Positions 25,400 through 38,600 are shown, counted from the first letter of the stretch. The stretch: 64,000 bases of DNA from Geosiphon pyriformis uo1 (GCA_016748015.1 JAAOMT010000135.1:637326-701325); one strand, 5' to 3'. Program-made: numbers and translations. The notes: generated by a model from the letters alone, not told the origin.

Positions 25400-27628
25400 T
25401 TTTGTTGTGAACTTAAAAGCTGTTTTAGATAATAATATATCTAAAAAAAAAATGTTTAAAAGAATTTTTTATGGTTTTGCTGATAATTTTTTCTTTCAAA
25501 AAAAAAAGTTAATTCTTGGTAATATTAAATACTTTGATAATAAGAAAGATATATTATTGATTAAGTTTGGCTTTAGTGATATATACTCAAATTTAAATAA
25601 TTAGTTTAGTAATAATAAAAACAATAATATTATAGAAAACATTAATAATAGATCACTTTTAGATTTTGTTTTTGCTACTTTTAAAGCCAAAAAAATGATT
25701 AATAATATAAATTATAACTTTCTTTTAAGTTTTTTCAAATTTAATATAGAAGAAAAAGTTGGATTACTTTTACTTTCTTTCAATATTTTTTTGGACAAAA
25801 AATGAATTAACTCTAAAATAGTAAAAATTTTAGTTAAAATAACTATTAAAAAATTCTTTGCTTTGAATATCAATCTGTTAGTGGTTAAAAACAAATTAAT
25901 AATAACAAAATATAAGCAATCAAAAAAATTTTTCCATTAATTAATGGTTTTTGAAAAGAATTACTACTTTCTTAAAATTTGAAAAAATCATTAAATTAAT
26001 GTTTATATTAAAGAAAAACATAAAAAAAGCCATATTATTGGCCAAAAAAAAAGACACTATTATAAATAATAATTTCAAAAAACAAAGATTTTATTCAGAT
26101 TAAGCTGTTATAATTAAAAAAATTCTCATAAATATGTTTAAAAAAATGATCATTATTATAATATTTGTATTTGGTCAAATTATGTCAATCCAATTACAAC
26201 TAATTGAATTATAGCAAAAAACTATAATAGAATTTACTAAATTGGGCTAAGCAAATCAGTTGGCAGTTAGATGATTATTTTTAATTAAAAAAATTCAGTA
26301 CAAATAGCTAAGATTATAAGAGATTACAATATATAAATGTTTAAAAATTGATTTAAAACACTTTTGTTTATTCTTTTTATAGAAATAACTGTTTATAATT
26401 TTAGTATTTTATTAAAAAAAGCTGGTAAAAAAGCTTATATTATTAATTAATTATTTGAAACTAATAATAAAATTTGCTATGCTGTGATTGGCTTTGAATC
26501 AAAAGATAAGTTGGAATCAGTTTTTTGTACAAAGCTAATTTTAGATAGTATTAAGTTTTTTTAGACTAAGTTGAATCTGGTTTAATGTAAAAAGTGTGGG
26601 CATTTTGAACATTTAATTTTAAAGTGTAATGTATTAGGTGTATTTGTCTTGCTATTTTTAAAAGCTTATAAAAAGATTATATTAAATAAAAGTTATTTTT
26701 AATTGACCAGATTATATGCAAAAAAAAGTGTTCTTATTTTACATTTTGCTGCTTTTGGTGGCAAATTATAAGCACAAATGGTTTTACTTGTTGTCTTTTT
26801 TAATAATAATTGCTTTGGTTCTGGTTTTGAATTATCTTTCTTTGGTATTTTACATGTTGGTAAAAGTCTCTCTGTTGTTTAAGAGGTTTTATTTATTGAT
26901 ACTTATCTGACTTTATTGGAATGCTTCTTAGAGCTTTTGGCTAATCAAGTATTTAGTATTGTATAAAAACTAAACAACATAAATTTGGTGTCTCTAACAT
27001 CTATTTTTTAATTTTTTTCTTCAGTTGCTTTAATAACATTGAATTTAAAGTTAGATTTAAACATAGTTTTGAATAACTCATTAGTATTGTCTTTTTTTCT
27101 TTATTTATTTACAAAAAATAAAACTTTGAATTTGGGTTTGAATAGCTTAAAGATTCTGACTATCAAGATAGGCTGTTTAAAATTAAAATTAGTAGCTCTT
27201 AAAGCTTTTGTTGGTTTAGTTTTGGTAAAATTAAATTAATTGTATACTGGCTTAAGTTTTTTGGCACATCTTTTTTCTCAATAAGTGATTTGGTTTGGAA
27301 ATTTGTTGCATAGAATATTTAAGATATCAATGTTTTTGCTAAACAAAAAAACATTATTTGTTGGCATGTAAATTCAGACAATATGGTTTCAATTATCACA
27401 AAAACGAAATTAAGATCTAATATTAGGCCATAGATTATAAACAAGTTTGATGGAATGTAAATTTTTACATTTGGTTTAGATAAAAACTTTCTTGGTACTG
27501 GAGTGGCTATTATTATAAATAATTTTTTGGCTTGACATGTTTCAAAAATGAAAAAAATTTTTGGTTAAGTTATTTTAATACAGCTTCTGTTTAAAAGTAA
27601 ATTATTAGTTATAATTTTGAATTTGTAT
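25400..27628 (+). mobile_element. LINE 5' part: degenerate ORF1 (RRM-like plus CKKCGHFEHLILKC knuckle) and start of ORF2 (APE endonuclease, from ~27281)
   Basis: WKFVA*NI*DIN..KQKNII..VSIITKTKL..GTGVAIII matches an APE N-terminus; cut at 27628 by LTR A2. Confidence 0.8.
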
Positions 27629-28162
27629 TGTTACAGGTTGAAGTAACAAGCTAACAGATAGCAAGAGAGAACAGAATTGTAGAGTGATGAAAAAAATCAA
27701 AGAGAATTCAACTTCAAAGAGCAAATTGAATGAGTATGGATTCAATATGTGAGATCAGTCTCATAAAATATCTCAGTCGCTATACTTTTCAAAAGGTAAC
27801 TGGAGAATCTGAAGATAAAGAGATAGTCCATACTGTCAACAAATAATCACACTTGGTATAATTCTATGCTTCACATTGGTGCTCTTAGAATTCAATATTA
27901 AGTATCAGATATGTTTTTCAGTCACATTTTATTCAATAATCTTCAAATATTACACTTATACATTTCAGAAAAAAGGTAGGAAATAACCAACAAGTGATCT
28001 TTTATCTTTAAGATATTCAGATACTTGAAAGTAGAAAAAAGAAAATTAGCAATAAGAGAATAATTGAGATGAAAGTTGTTATTTTATTTATTTTATTTTC
28101 TTGATTTTTGACATACATTTCTACAGCTAAAAGATTCATCACTTATATAGCTATCAAAAGTA

Positions 28163-28293
28163 GTCAATGATCAAGTCAATGGTCAGGTCAATGATCAGGT
28201 CAATAATCAGGTCAATGATTAGGTCATTGATCAGGTCAATAATCAGGTCAATGATCAGGTCAATGGTCAGGTTATTGATCAGGTCAATAATCA
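28163..28293. repeat. 12-bp tandem repeat (GATCAGGTCAAT)n in LTR A U3
   Basis: About 11 units here, degenerate arrays at ~16510-16595 and ~24140-24262, and only 1-2 units in the partner LTR at ~35235. Confidence 0.9.
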
Positions 28294-28440
28294 CTTTCTA
28301 AAAATAGAGTGGCTAATTTATATGACATTAATGGCTAATACATGTAATAATTAATAAAAAGTATAAGTTTCAATCATAACATCATCCTCTCCAAAGAGAT
28401 TGAGCTTTGGCAAAATCAAGCTATTTATGGGGCAATCTAT

Positions 28441-29007
28441 TTAAAAGGTTTTATCTAACTCGAAGCTAACTAGTTTGTTGAAGTCTTTTGTGGATAAGGT
28501 ATATAGCACTTGTAGCGAAATGAGTTTTGTATTCAAGAAACCAAATTTTTGTATTAGAGTTTTGGCTTTTCTAGCAATAGTTAAAATTCTTGAGATATCT
28601 AACCGTATAATGCCCAAAATTTCTGCTTGTATCTCTAAAGTTGTTTTCTTCAAGAGTTTCATATCTTCTATGATTTCATCAAGGCAACTATAGAGCTTTA
28701 GTTGTCTTCTATATGACAAGTTTTTGTCTATGGGCAAGATTTCTTTGATTGTTTTTCCAATTGTGTTGAAAGGTGCAAGTATTGCTGCTGTTATGCTTTC
28801 TAGCAAATAGTTATCCATTTTGCTACCAATTCTTTCTCTCCTGGTAGATGTTTTCTTTGGTCTAATAACAGTATGTGTTCTACTGTTATCAGTTATAGTG
28901 ATTTGTTTTTCAATAGTCAGAGTAGCATTTGGATAATTTTTGATCTAATACTCATGGAGAGTATAAAAAGCATTTTAAATATTTTGATTCAAAAAATAAT
29001 TGTTCAT
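28441..29007 (-). pseudogene. Family A ORF3, unknown function
   Basis: ATG at 29007 is in frame with the 125-aa ORF 28818-28441, with two intervening stops explicable by transitions; conserved in A1. Confidence 0.7.
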
Positions 29008-32000
29008 GTCAATTGAAGATACCTCTGTTTTGGAAATAGTACATTTATTTATATTTGATTTTTGCTGATCATTTGGGTCAATATTACCACAACTGATAAC
29101 CAATCAGGTCGTTTGTAATATTTCTTGAGTCACGTGCCATGAATAGAATGATTATTGAAAATTGTTCTGGATTGATCTTGAAAAATATAAAAACCATTGT
29201 TCAAAACTTTGTTGACTATAAAAAGTCCTTTCCACTGGCTAGAGAATTTATCACCATAAACATTGTCTCTGCTGAGCAATATTCCAATACCAAGTCACCA
29301 ATACTTAAAGAAAGTGTTTTATAAGTTTTCTTTTTCTTAAGTTTTTCTTGGAACTGTTTTATCTTTTCAAAAGCAATTATTCGTGCTTCTACCAAGGAGT
29401 CAAGAATGGTACCAAGTCTTCTTTGCAAAATGTTTTTGTAGTTCCCTATTGTAATTTCTTCAAAGAGTATTGTTTCAATATTAGTTTTTATTGGTAGTGT
29501 TGCCATGCATCCATAGAGCAGATAAAAAGATTCATAACTTGTTATGTTATGATTCACAGTTCTATAAGCAAACAAAGCTGAAGGCAGTACTTTGTCCCAT
29601 AAGTTTGTTTCTTCACTGGTTTTGGCTAGGGTTTCACACAATGTTCTATTAAAACATTCTATTAGGCCATTTGTTTAGGGGTAATAAGGGGAGAAAAGTT
29701 TATGATATATTCCCATTTTTCTACAAAGTTCTTCAACCAGTGTATTAAGAAAAGCTCTTCTTCTATTAGACAAAAGTTTTTTGGGACAGCCATGATGGCA
29801 GATGATATCTTCATAAATGAAATTGGCTATTAAGACTGCTGTTTGGTCTGGGATGGCTCTTGCTTCTACCCACTTTGTAAGATAGTCAGTAGCTGTGATA
29901 ATATATCTGTTGCCATCAGAAGTGATTATTAAAAGTTCAATAATATCTATACCAATTCTGTTAAATAGTTGACCAACAGAAATTGGATGGATATTTTTTT
30001 TGTGATTGGGTTTGCCTCTTCTTTGGCAGATGTCACAGATTTTGATGTATTCAGCAATGTTTTTTCCCAAGGTAGGCCAATAATAGTGAGCTAAAGTTTT
30101 CTGAATTGTTTTTGTTTTTCCAAAATGTCCAGCTAATAGATCAGTATGCATGTTGTAGATTACAATTTCTTTTTTTTCAAATCTTATGACTTTTTGGAAG
30201 TGGTCAGAATCTTTTCTGTTTCTTTTGTATAACTGGTTCTGGTAGATCAAATAGAAATTTGATTGTTTGTGTAAATGTTCTCTTTGTTGTCAAGTGTAGT
30301 CCGGTGGGTATTGTCCTTTATCCAAAAATTCCATTAAGACAGAATAGTTGTCCAAGTTCATTATCGTGTTTGTTTATGAGAGAGTTACTAATAATTAAGT
30401 TGGTTTGGTTTGAAAGGTTGTACTGTCACTGGATAGTAAGTCTAAAGAGAGTGTTGGTGTTTTGATGATTAGCTTCTTTGCAGTATTGAATATCATAGTC
30501 GAATTCATCCAGATAGAGTATCCAGCAAGTTATTCATTTATGTTCCAGATTCTTTTTATTGCACAGCCAAACTAAGGCTTAATGATCTGTTACTACCAGA
30601 AATTTGGCACTAAGAAGATATTAGTTCCAATAGCTAGTAGCTCAGACTACTATTAAGCATTCTTGTTTAGTTACTAAATAGTTTTTTTCTGCTGGTGTGA
30701 GAGATCTACTGGCATATGCTATAGTATGTTCTTTGCCATCTTCATCTTTTTGTGAGAGTACAGCACCAAGTCCATAACCAGATGCATCAGTGTGGAGAAT
30801 AAAAAGTTGGTCCAGGTCAGGTTGCTTAAGGATTGGTTCAGTAACAAGTTTTTCTTTCAGGATTTCAAAGGCTTTTTGCTGGTGTGTGCCCCAGTAGTAA
30901 TTGACATTTTTCCTGAGTAGCTGGTTAAAAAGAAAGGCAATTTTGGAGAAATTCTTGATAAATTTGCAATAGTAAGAAGCCAAACCAAGAAAAGAGCATA
31001 GTTTAGGAACATTTATTGGTTGTCTAATGTTTTGAATCTTTTCAACTTTGGCTGGATCAGGAAAGATTCCATCTTTTGTAATAAGATGTCTAAAGAACTG
31101 GGTGGATTGACATCCAAAGAAAGATTTGATTGGGTTGATCTTAAGACCAGCATTTCTGAGCAGATCAAAAACCTTTTGTAAATGTTTAAGGTGTTCATCC
31201 CAGGTTTTTGAGTATATTATTATATCATCCAAGTAAACTAGAACAAAGTTTTCTTTTACTGATTCAAACACCTTGTTCATTAGGCATTGAAAGATGGAAA
31301 GGGCATTTGTGAGACCAAAAAACATAACTATGAATTCGTAAATGTCATACTTGATAATGAATACAGTTTTCTTTCTGCTTTCTGGATCCATCTCTACTTG
31401 CCAGAATCCAGCAGTTAAGTCAATAGTTGAGAAGAAAGCAGCACTATTGAATTTGTCTAGCATTGCATCAATTTTGGGGAGTGAGTACATGTCTCTTATA
31501 GTGATGGCATTTAATTGGCAGTAGTCAACACAGAAGCATAAGGTTCCACTTTTCTTGGATACCACTACAACTGGGAAAGCTTATTTGCTCTTGGTTTTTT
31601 GTATGAATCCAAGATTTTTTATCTTGTTTATCTCTTTCTTGATAAACTCATTATTATGATGATTGGATTGATAAGGCTTCAAATGTATGAGACAAGTTTC
31701 TCTGATTGTGATGATGTGTTGTATCACATGGGTTCATTCAGGGGTATCACCTTCTTTTGAGATAACTGGGCTATTTCTAGCCAATAGATTTTCAATATCT
31801 ACTTTTCTTTCTTCTGGAGAAGATTTTCTTTGTTCTACAACAAGTGATTGGATCTTAGGTGGTTCATTCTCAAAGGATTTCTGTACTTCTTTTATTTCTT
31901 CTTTGGGTATCAAACTGATTGGTTCCCAACCTTTGTAATAGATCAGGCAAGATTTGCATTCATTATTGGGAGAATACAAAGGTTTATTGCACCAGCATCT

Positions 32001-35000
32001 GGCACAAGGACCATGTCACCAATAACTGTATTTGGCTTTTTTGCCAGGCTTTCGGTCAAAGATTCTTCTAAGGATATTATAATAGGGCCAGCAAATCAGC
32101 TTGCCATTTATCATGATTCCTTTTTTATCTGCTTTGACATTATCTAATGGTTTGCCATTGCTGGTAAAGATGGTATAGGCAAGTTCAACAGTTTCTTCTT
32201 GTTCATCTTCTTTATCACTTTTTTTATCATCTAACTCATCTGATTGTTCTTCTTCCTGGCTTTGTTTGGATACTGGAGGAGTTGTTCAATGGCAACACTT
32301 AACCACAATGGGTTTCTCACTATATCTGATGGTCAGTTCACAGAGTTCATAATCGAGCAAGACTTTTGCTTTCTTGAGCCATTCATTGCCAACTATTATG
32401 GTATATTCTTTTGCTTCAGATACTTCCATGTTAGTTTCAATACTAATGTCATTGATTCAGACAGGAACAGCTTTGGCTATGCCCAGATTTTTTTTCTTGT
32501 TACCATGTACATTGGTTATTGGTCATATAGATGATTCATCAATCTTTCTGCCAATTGCTTCTAAGAAGTGTTTTGCAATGACACTAACAGATGATCCACT
32601 GTCTAAGATTAGATCAATGAAATAACCAGCCACTTGGGCCTTACAAATGAGAGGGGTAACATTGCTGTTATTAGCAAATCCAGCTTGGTGTGGGCACTTG
32701 TTGGTTTTTAGTGTCTTTTCTTAGGAATCAAAGATTTGCAAAGATCTTTTCTGAATTGAAGATAAGTCATTAACTGGCCAAAGGTAATGTGTGCAGAAGT
32801 TTCCATGAAATCTTTGACAACAGAATAAGGACCAGATTTTTGCATTATTTTTGGGGGTTCCAGCTTTGGAGGATTCTTGAATACTTTAGTCTTTGGTGGC
32901 TCATTGTTGTCAGCAGTTGAAGTGGATGGTTTGTTTGGATCCAGAACAAAATCAATCTTGGCCTTCTTCTTCTTTCTGGTTGATTCTGAAGTGTTAATTG
33001 CTAGTTCATTCATGTCATGGTCATCATCAGTTAAGTTAAAAGTGTAAAAGGGGTTTTCTTCTGGTTGGCTTGCACTCTCACTCTTTGGAGATGCGCCTAC
33101 CAGTTTAAAGGCTAATAAACAATAGCTTCAACTAAGGAATCCTCTCTAAAAAAATTGATGTTGGCATGATTAGGTCTTTGATTGGGAATATTAATATTGT
33201 TGGGTCTGTTATTCTGGGTGTTATTATTTCTAGAAGCTGGAGGGGACAATGGAGAATTGTTACAGTCTCTGAAAAAGTGTTCAGTTAGTCCATAGCAATA
33301 ACACACAGGTGAACCACAATTTTGCTGTCTTTGATATGGTGGTTGCTGGGCTGATTGAAATGTGGTTCATATCTAGGTCTTTGGGGTTGTTGGTTTTCTC
33401 TGACTGCTTAAGCTAATGGTTTCAGTAATTGGACAAGATTAGCTGTAAGTCTATCTATTAATTGTTCATTGAGATCTTGTGTTTGAGCAGCAAAAGAGGT
33501 AGCAGTTATTTGTGGAACAGGAGTTATGACAAGAGCAGGAACAAAAACTGTAAGTGTGGATCCTAGGTGCATCTTTTGATTGTCTTCTATTCTCTGAGCA
33601 AGTTCAATGGTCATATCCATTGTGGGATTATTTTTCAAGACCAGGAGAGGCCAAAGAGCATATGATAGATCAATTCTTAGTTTTTTTGTAAAGGAATGTA
33701 TTTTCTGTTCTTTTGTTCTAATTTTTTTTAAAGTCTACTCATTTAATGAGTTTTCTTATTGCTTTGGCATATTCTGTTACAACCTCACCAGGGCCTTGAA
33801 TTCTTCTTTCTAATTCTATATGCCATTTTGAGATTAAGATAGAAGTTCTAAATTTAGTTTTAAACCGGGTAGTGAAAGAGGTGTTGTCTTCTCCAGTATT
33901 TGCTGATGCTTATCTAATGATTTTTTGCTGAGCATTGGCATTGGTTTCTTGTAAGAACCAAGTAGCAGGAGAGCCTTGGAGGTAGCCACCAACAATTTGG
34001 AACTTGTATTTGTTATCATATTGGTTTGCTGTGGCAGCTCTCTCAAAATCATCCAGCCATTCAATTGGATCTTGGGTATCACTTCTAAATAATAGTAATG
34101 AAGTGTTGTTTCTTTGCCCTAAAGCAGTCTGTATACCTTGAAGAGCAATCAGAATGTTTTGTTGTAGAGAGTCTTGAGCCATTGGTTTAGGTGTAACTGT
34201 TTGTGTAGAGTGTTCTAATTCACTTGAAAAGAGATCAAAAACAGAAGCAGTTTAATAGCTTTCTTCTTCTGTTTCAAGAGGAGTTTCTGTTGATTGATGG
34301 GCAGCAATCCAAATGTGGATTTGATGATTCAGATATTTGAGATCAGGAGGCTGTTGTTCAAAGGTTGTAGAATATAAGAGCTGATTGATACTGTTGTTTC
34401 TTTCTTCAAAGTCATCTTCAAAATAAGCTTGATCAAAGTAATAGGTTGTATAAGTTGTGTAGGTTTCAGCTGAATGCTCATTCAGAAACCAGTTCCAAAA
34501 GTTTTAGAATTGTCTGCTGAATTGTTCTTCAATGGAGAAACAAATCAAGCAGAAGGGCAAAGAATTGAGTTTAATAAAGTCTAGATCATTTTTGTTGTAT
34601 GCTTTAAAGTGTTCTTTTGATTGTTGTGACAGGTATAAATAATCACTCATACAATAGAAAACAAAGTGGATTTTGACAACCTCACAGAGAGCACCACTTT
34701 TATGTTACGGGTTGGAGTAACAAGTTAATGGATAGCAAGAAAGAACAAAATTGTAGGGTGATGAAAGGAATCAAAGGGAATTCAACTTCAAAGAGTGAAT
34801 TGAATGAGTATAGATTCAATGTGTGAGATCAGTCTCATAAAATATCTCAGTCACTATACTTTTCAAAAGATAATTGGAGAATCTAAAGGTAGAGGAATAG
34901 TTCATACTGTTAACAAATGATCACACTTGGTATAATTCTATGCCTCACATCGGTGCTTTTAGAATTCAATATCAAGTATCAGATGTGTTTTTTAGTTATA

Positions 35001-35335
35001 TTTTATTCAATAATCTTTAAATACTACACTTATATGTTTCAGGAAAAAAGTAGGGAATAACCAACAAGTGATCTTTTATCTTTAAGATGTTCAGATACTT
35101 GAAAGTAGGGAAAGAAAAATTAGCAATAAGAGAATAATTAAGATGAAAGTTGTTATTTTATTTATTTGATTTCCTTAATTTTTGACATATATTTCTATAG
35201 CTAAAAGATTCATCACTTATATAGCTATCAAAAGTAGTCAATGATTACTTTCTAAAAATAGAGTGGCTAATTTATATGACATCAATAGCTAATACATGTG
35301 ATAATTAATAAAAAGTATAAGTTTCAACCATAATA

Positions 35336-35446
35336 ATACAAAGAACTCCACAACAAAACCTTCAGATATTAACACCAGAATACCAACCAAGCACCAAGTT
35401 ACAGATTTGTTATTTGATTTGAGACCCCAAATAATTATCTGTAATA
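35336..35446 (+). mobile_element. Family B LTR 3'-end fragment
   Basis: ATACAAAGAACTCC...CAAATAATTATCTGTAATA matches 50500-50626; followed by LINE sequence, not a PBS. Confidence 0.85.
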
Positions 35447-35694
35447 GCACTATTACTCAGTCTCCTATTTTTGCCATTGGTTTGGTTGTTGAAGATGTTT
35501 TAGAAAAAAATCATGAGCTTTGGTTTGTTTTACAGGATATGTGGAAGGCTTATGACTTTGTAAATTGGCACTACTTATGGAATAGTTTGGTTCGAGTTAA
35601 GATGTGTAATTGTTTTATCAGATTCTTTGGGAGTATTCACAATAATTGTGTTAATTATGTTATAACTAATTTTGGCCTAATTAATAGGTACTAG
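35447..35694 (+). pseudogene. LINE ORF2 RT fragment
   Basis: TQSPIFAIG..LWFVLQDMWKAYDFVNW (non-LTR RT DxxKAxD motif). Confidence 0.9.
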
Positions 35695-38600
35695 TGTTAC
35701 AAGTGATTATTTGGAGTCTCAAATCAAATAACAAACCTGTAACTTGGTGCTTAATTTATATATTAATGTTGGTAATTTCTGAAGATGTGTTTTTTGAAAG
35801 TTTTGGTTGAGTTCTTTGTATAATGGACAGAGATTTGATTAATAGATTATTCGTAGCTTCCCAAAATTGCAATTTCATCAATTTTTTTCTTAGCATGATG
35901 GCCAGTAATTCTCTTGGTAAGATATTTTCAATTTCAAGTGTCTACTCTTAGTTCTGGGTCTTTTACCAGTGCTATATTCTGATGTTAGTATCTTAGCATA
36001 TAAATTTTTTTAATCAAGTTAACAAATAACAAAGAAAATAAAGCAAAAAAAGAAATAAAAAAATAAGAAAATAAGCCTAGGCAATTTGCATGTTAGTATC
36101 CTATTAATAGCCATGATCAAGAATTATTGTTCCAGTGTGGTTAAGTATCAATTACTATTAACATAAAGTGTTAATAGTAAAGAATGGATTGAGATAGTGA
36201 ATAGTTATTTATTGATATTTGTGGTGTAAACAGTTGCTTAGATTAAATCTAAACTCAGATGTCTGTCTTTTTTACTTTTAACACTGTCACTATATATACA
36301 TAATTGAGATTCCTCAATTCTTTAATTTTTTATACCAGGAATCTTGCAATTCCTCTTAAAAAAAATCCTGGAATTCTGGAATCTTGCAATTCCTTGTACA
36401 AGAATCCTAAAATTCTTGAAATCCTGCAATTCTTTTTAAAAGGAATTCTGGAATTCCATTTTTACTATGGCTACTTTTGATTGCCTAATTTATATACTAA
36501 TATACTTTTTATATTTCATGAGTAATATTATCCTCTCCTTTTAATATTAAGCTTTGTTGAGATTTCCTAATTCTAATTCTTCATTTTTGAGTTTTTTTTT
36601 TTAAGAATTACTTGTGTTATCTTGTTTTGTAATTTTTCAAATTGGGCATTGGTTATTTTTCCTATTTGATTAACAGTAATAGAGTTCATTACTGGATTAA
36701 GTAAAATTTTGGGTCAGTCTTGAAATCCAATTTGTAATTAATAAATGGTTCGTGTCTGTGTGGCTAAATTGTTTTTCCCCACAAATTGTTCAAGTTGTTG
36801 TAATATCTTTGGATCAAATAATTATTTTATCTTATCTGTATATAAGTTTTGGATATTTAAATATTGTCCCAAATGGAAATAACAAAAGTTTCTTGAAAAT
36901 TGTTGTATTCACCACTTCCAAGTTTTTTTAATTACTTCTTGATATAGAGTGACACTTGTTGGCTTTTTTATTGCCAATTTTACTTTTAGAATTATTTTGT
37001 CAATAGTGCTTTCTGGTTTCTTCTGTACTTTGTATTGGCATATTTTTCTAGTATTCCAGTATTGAATAGTTTGTTGGTTAATAGTAATTTCTATATTCTA
37101 TTGTTGAATTAGTTGGAAAAGTTGTTGTGCCAGTATGTGTATATTGTCAGTAATTTTCATTTTTTTTGTTGGCTTTGTCATATATACTGTGTCTTTTTAT
37201 ACTCTTTTGATTGTTTAATTTGATGTGTTTGGTTTAATAATTATGATTGGTTCCAGATCTCATGGAATCTCATCTGGTTGGACTAATATTCTCTGTACTT
37301 CTAATTGTAGAATATTATTGGTAGATAATGATATTATATGGTGATATGATTTCAATCAATCACTATGTGCTGCTTTGGTTAAGATTTTGTTGTTTAACCA
37401 TAATTTATAAGCTCTATTTCTAAGAATTTTTTCTATGTAAAATGGTCTATCTTATTTGGGGTCAAATTTTTTACTCTATTGTTTTTCAGCTTTGATATAA
37501 TATAAGAGTACTTTGTCTCTAATCTTGAATTCAATTGGTTTATCTAATAATTGATTATCATGTCTTTCTTTTTGTTTTTTTTGTAACTTTTGGATGTTAT
37601 CAGCTGCTTTTCACCATTTGTTTTTTAGTGTCTTCATTAAGTCATATGTTCTTTTTAACAATGTACTTTGGAAATTCTTTTTTGTTATTAATTCTGTTGA
37701 ATATGTTTTAACTTTTATCTCAACTGGTAATGTTGCTGTTCTACTGTATACTAATTCAAATAGTGTTGCTTGTGTAGTGTCTTGCTTTATTGTTCAGTAA
37801 GCAAATAATACTAATGATATAAACAAATTCCATTTGTCCTGGTTTTTTTGGCTGATCTTGGCTATTGCTTTACACAATATTCTGTTGAATCTTTCAACTA
37901 ACTCATTTGTTTGTGAATGATATGGTGATGATAATAGTCTTTTTATTCCAAATCTTTGACTTAATTTTGTCAATGTCTTATTCATGAAGTGAGTTCTTTG
38001 ATTTGATAATAGTTCTTTTAAACATCCATGTCAACAGATTAAATCTTGATGAACGAATTCAGCAATGGATTCTGCATCTGCTTTTTGAATGGCTTTTGCT
38101 TCTGGCCATTTTGTGAGATAATCTATGGCTACTGCAATATATCTGTTGTTTCTGCTGGTTATGATTAATAGTCCAACTAAGTTAATTTCTATGTGATTGA
38201 ATAGTTGTCCTATTTTGATTGGTCTTAACAGTTCACTGAATTTTGTTTCTCTTCTTCTCTGACAAACATCACAATTTTGAATATATTAGATGATATCTGA
38301 ATACATTGATGGCCAATAATATTTTTTTCTGGTTCTTTCTATGATTGTTTTTTATAAAAATATCCTGCTGTTAGATCTAAATGCATATTAAATAATATTG
38401 TCTCTTTTTTTGGTTCTGTAATTACTCTAGTTGGTTAATCTGAATTTTTTTTGTTCTTTTGGTAAAGTATATTTTGATGGTTAATAAAATATTTTGATTG
38501 TTGTTTTATGTTATTTTGTTTTTTTTGAGATAATTTCTTCTTGAACAATTGGATATTTATATAATATTGGAGTTGTTGGTATTTTTGTATATTTATTTTT

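Larger units (their letters stand above)
27629..35335 (-). mobile_element. Gypsy family A copy A2: 5' LTR 34703-35335, PBS 34681-34696, gag (~34182-33100), protease (~32620-32270), RT/RNase H (~31750-30480), integrase (~30300-29140), ORF3, PPT, 3' LTR 27629-28381
   Basis: IEWLDDFERAA (capsid), LILDSGSS (protease), FCVDY..FFGLTNA..VYLDDIII (RT), LHTDASGYGLGAVL (RNase H), MHTDLLAGHFG..CDICQ (integrase); the PR-RT-RH-IN order identifies Ty3/Gypsy. Confidence 0.95.

Noticed and set aside
28163-28293. CRISPR-like arrays (also 62637-62835)
   Set aside because: Head-to-tail repeats with no unique spacers, inside LTRs of a eukaryote, with no cas genes.
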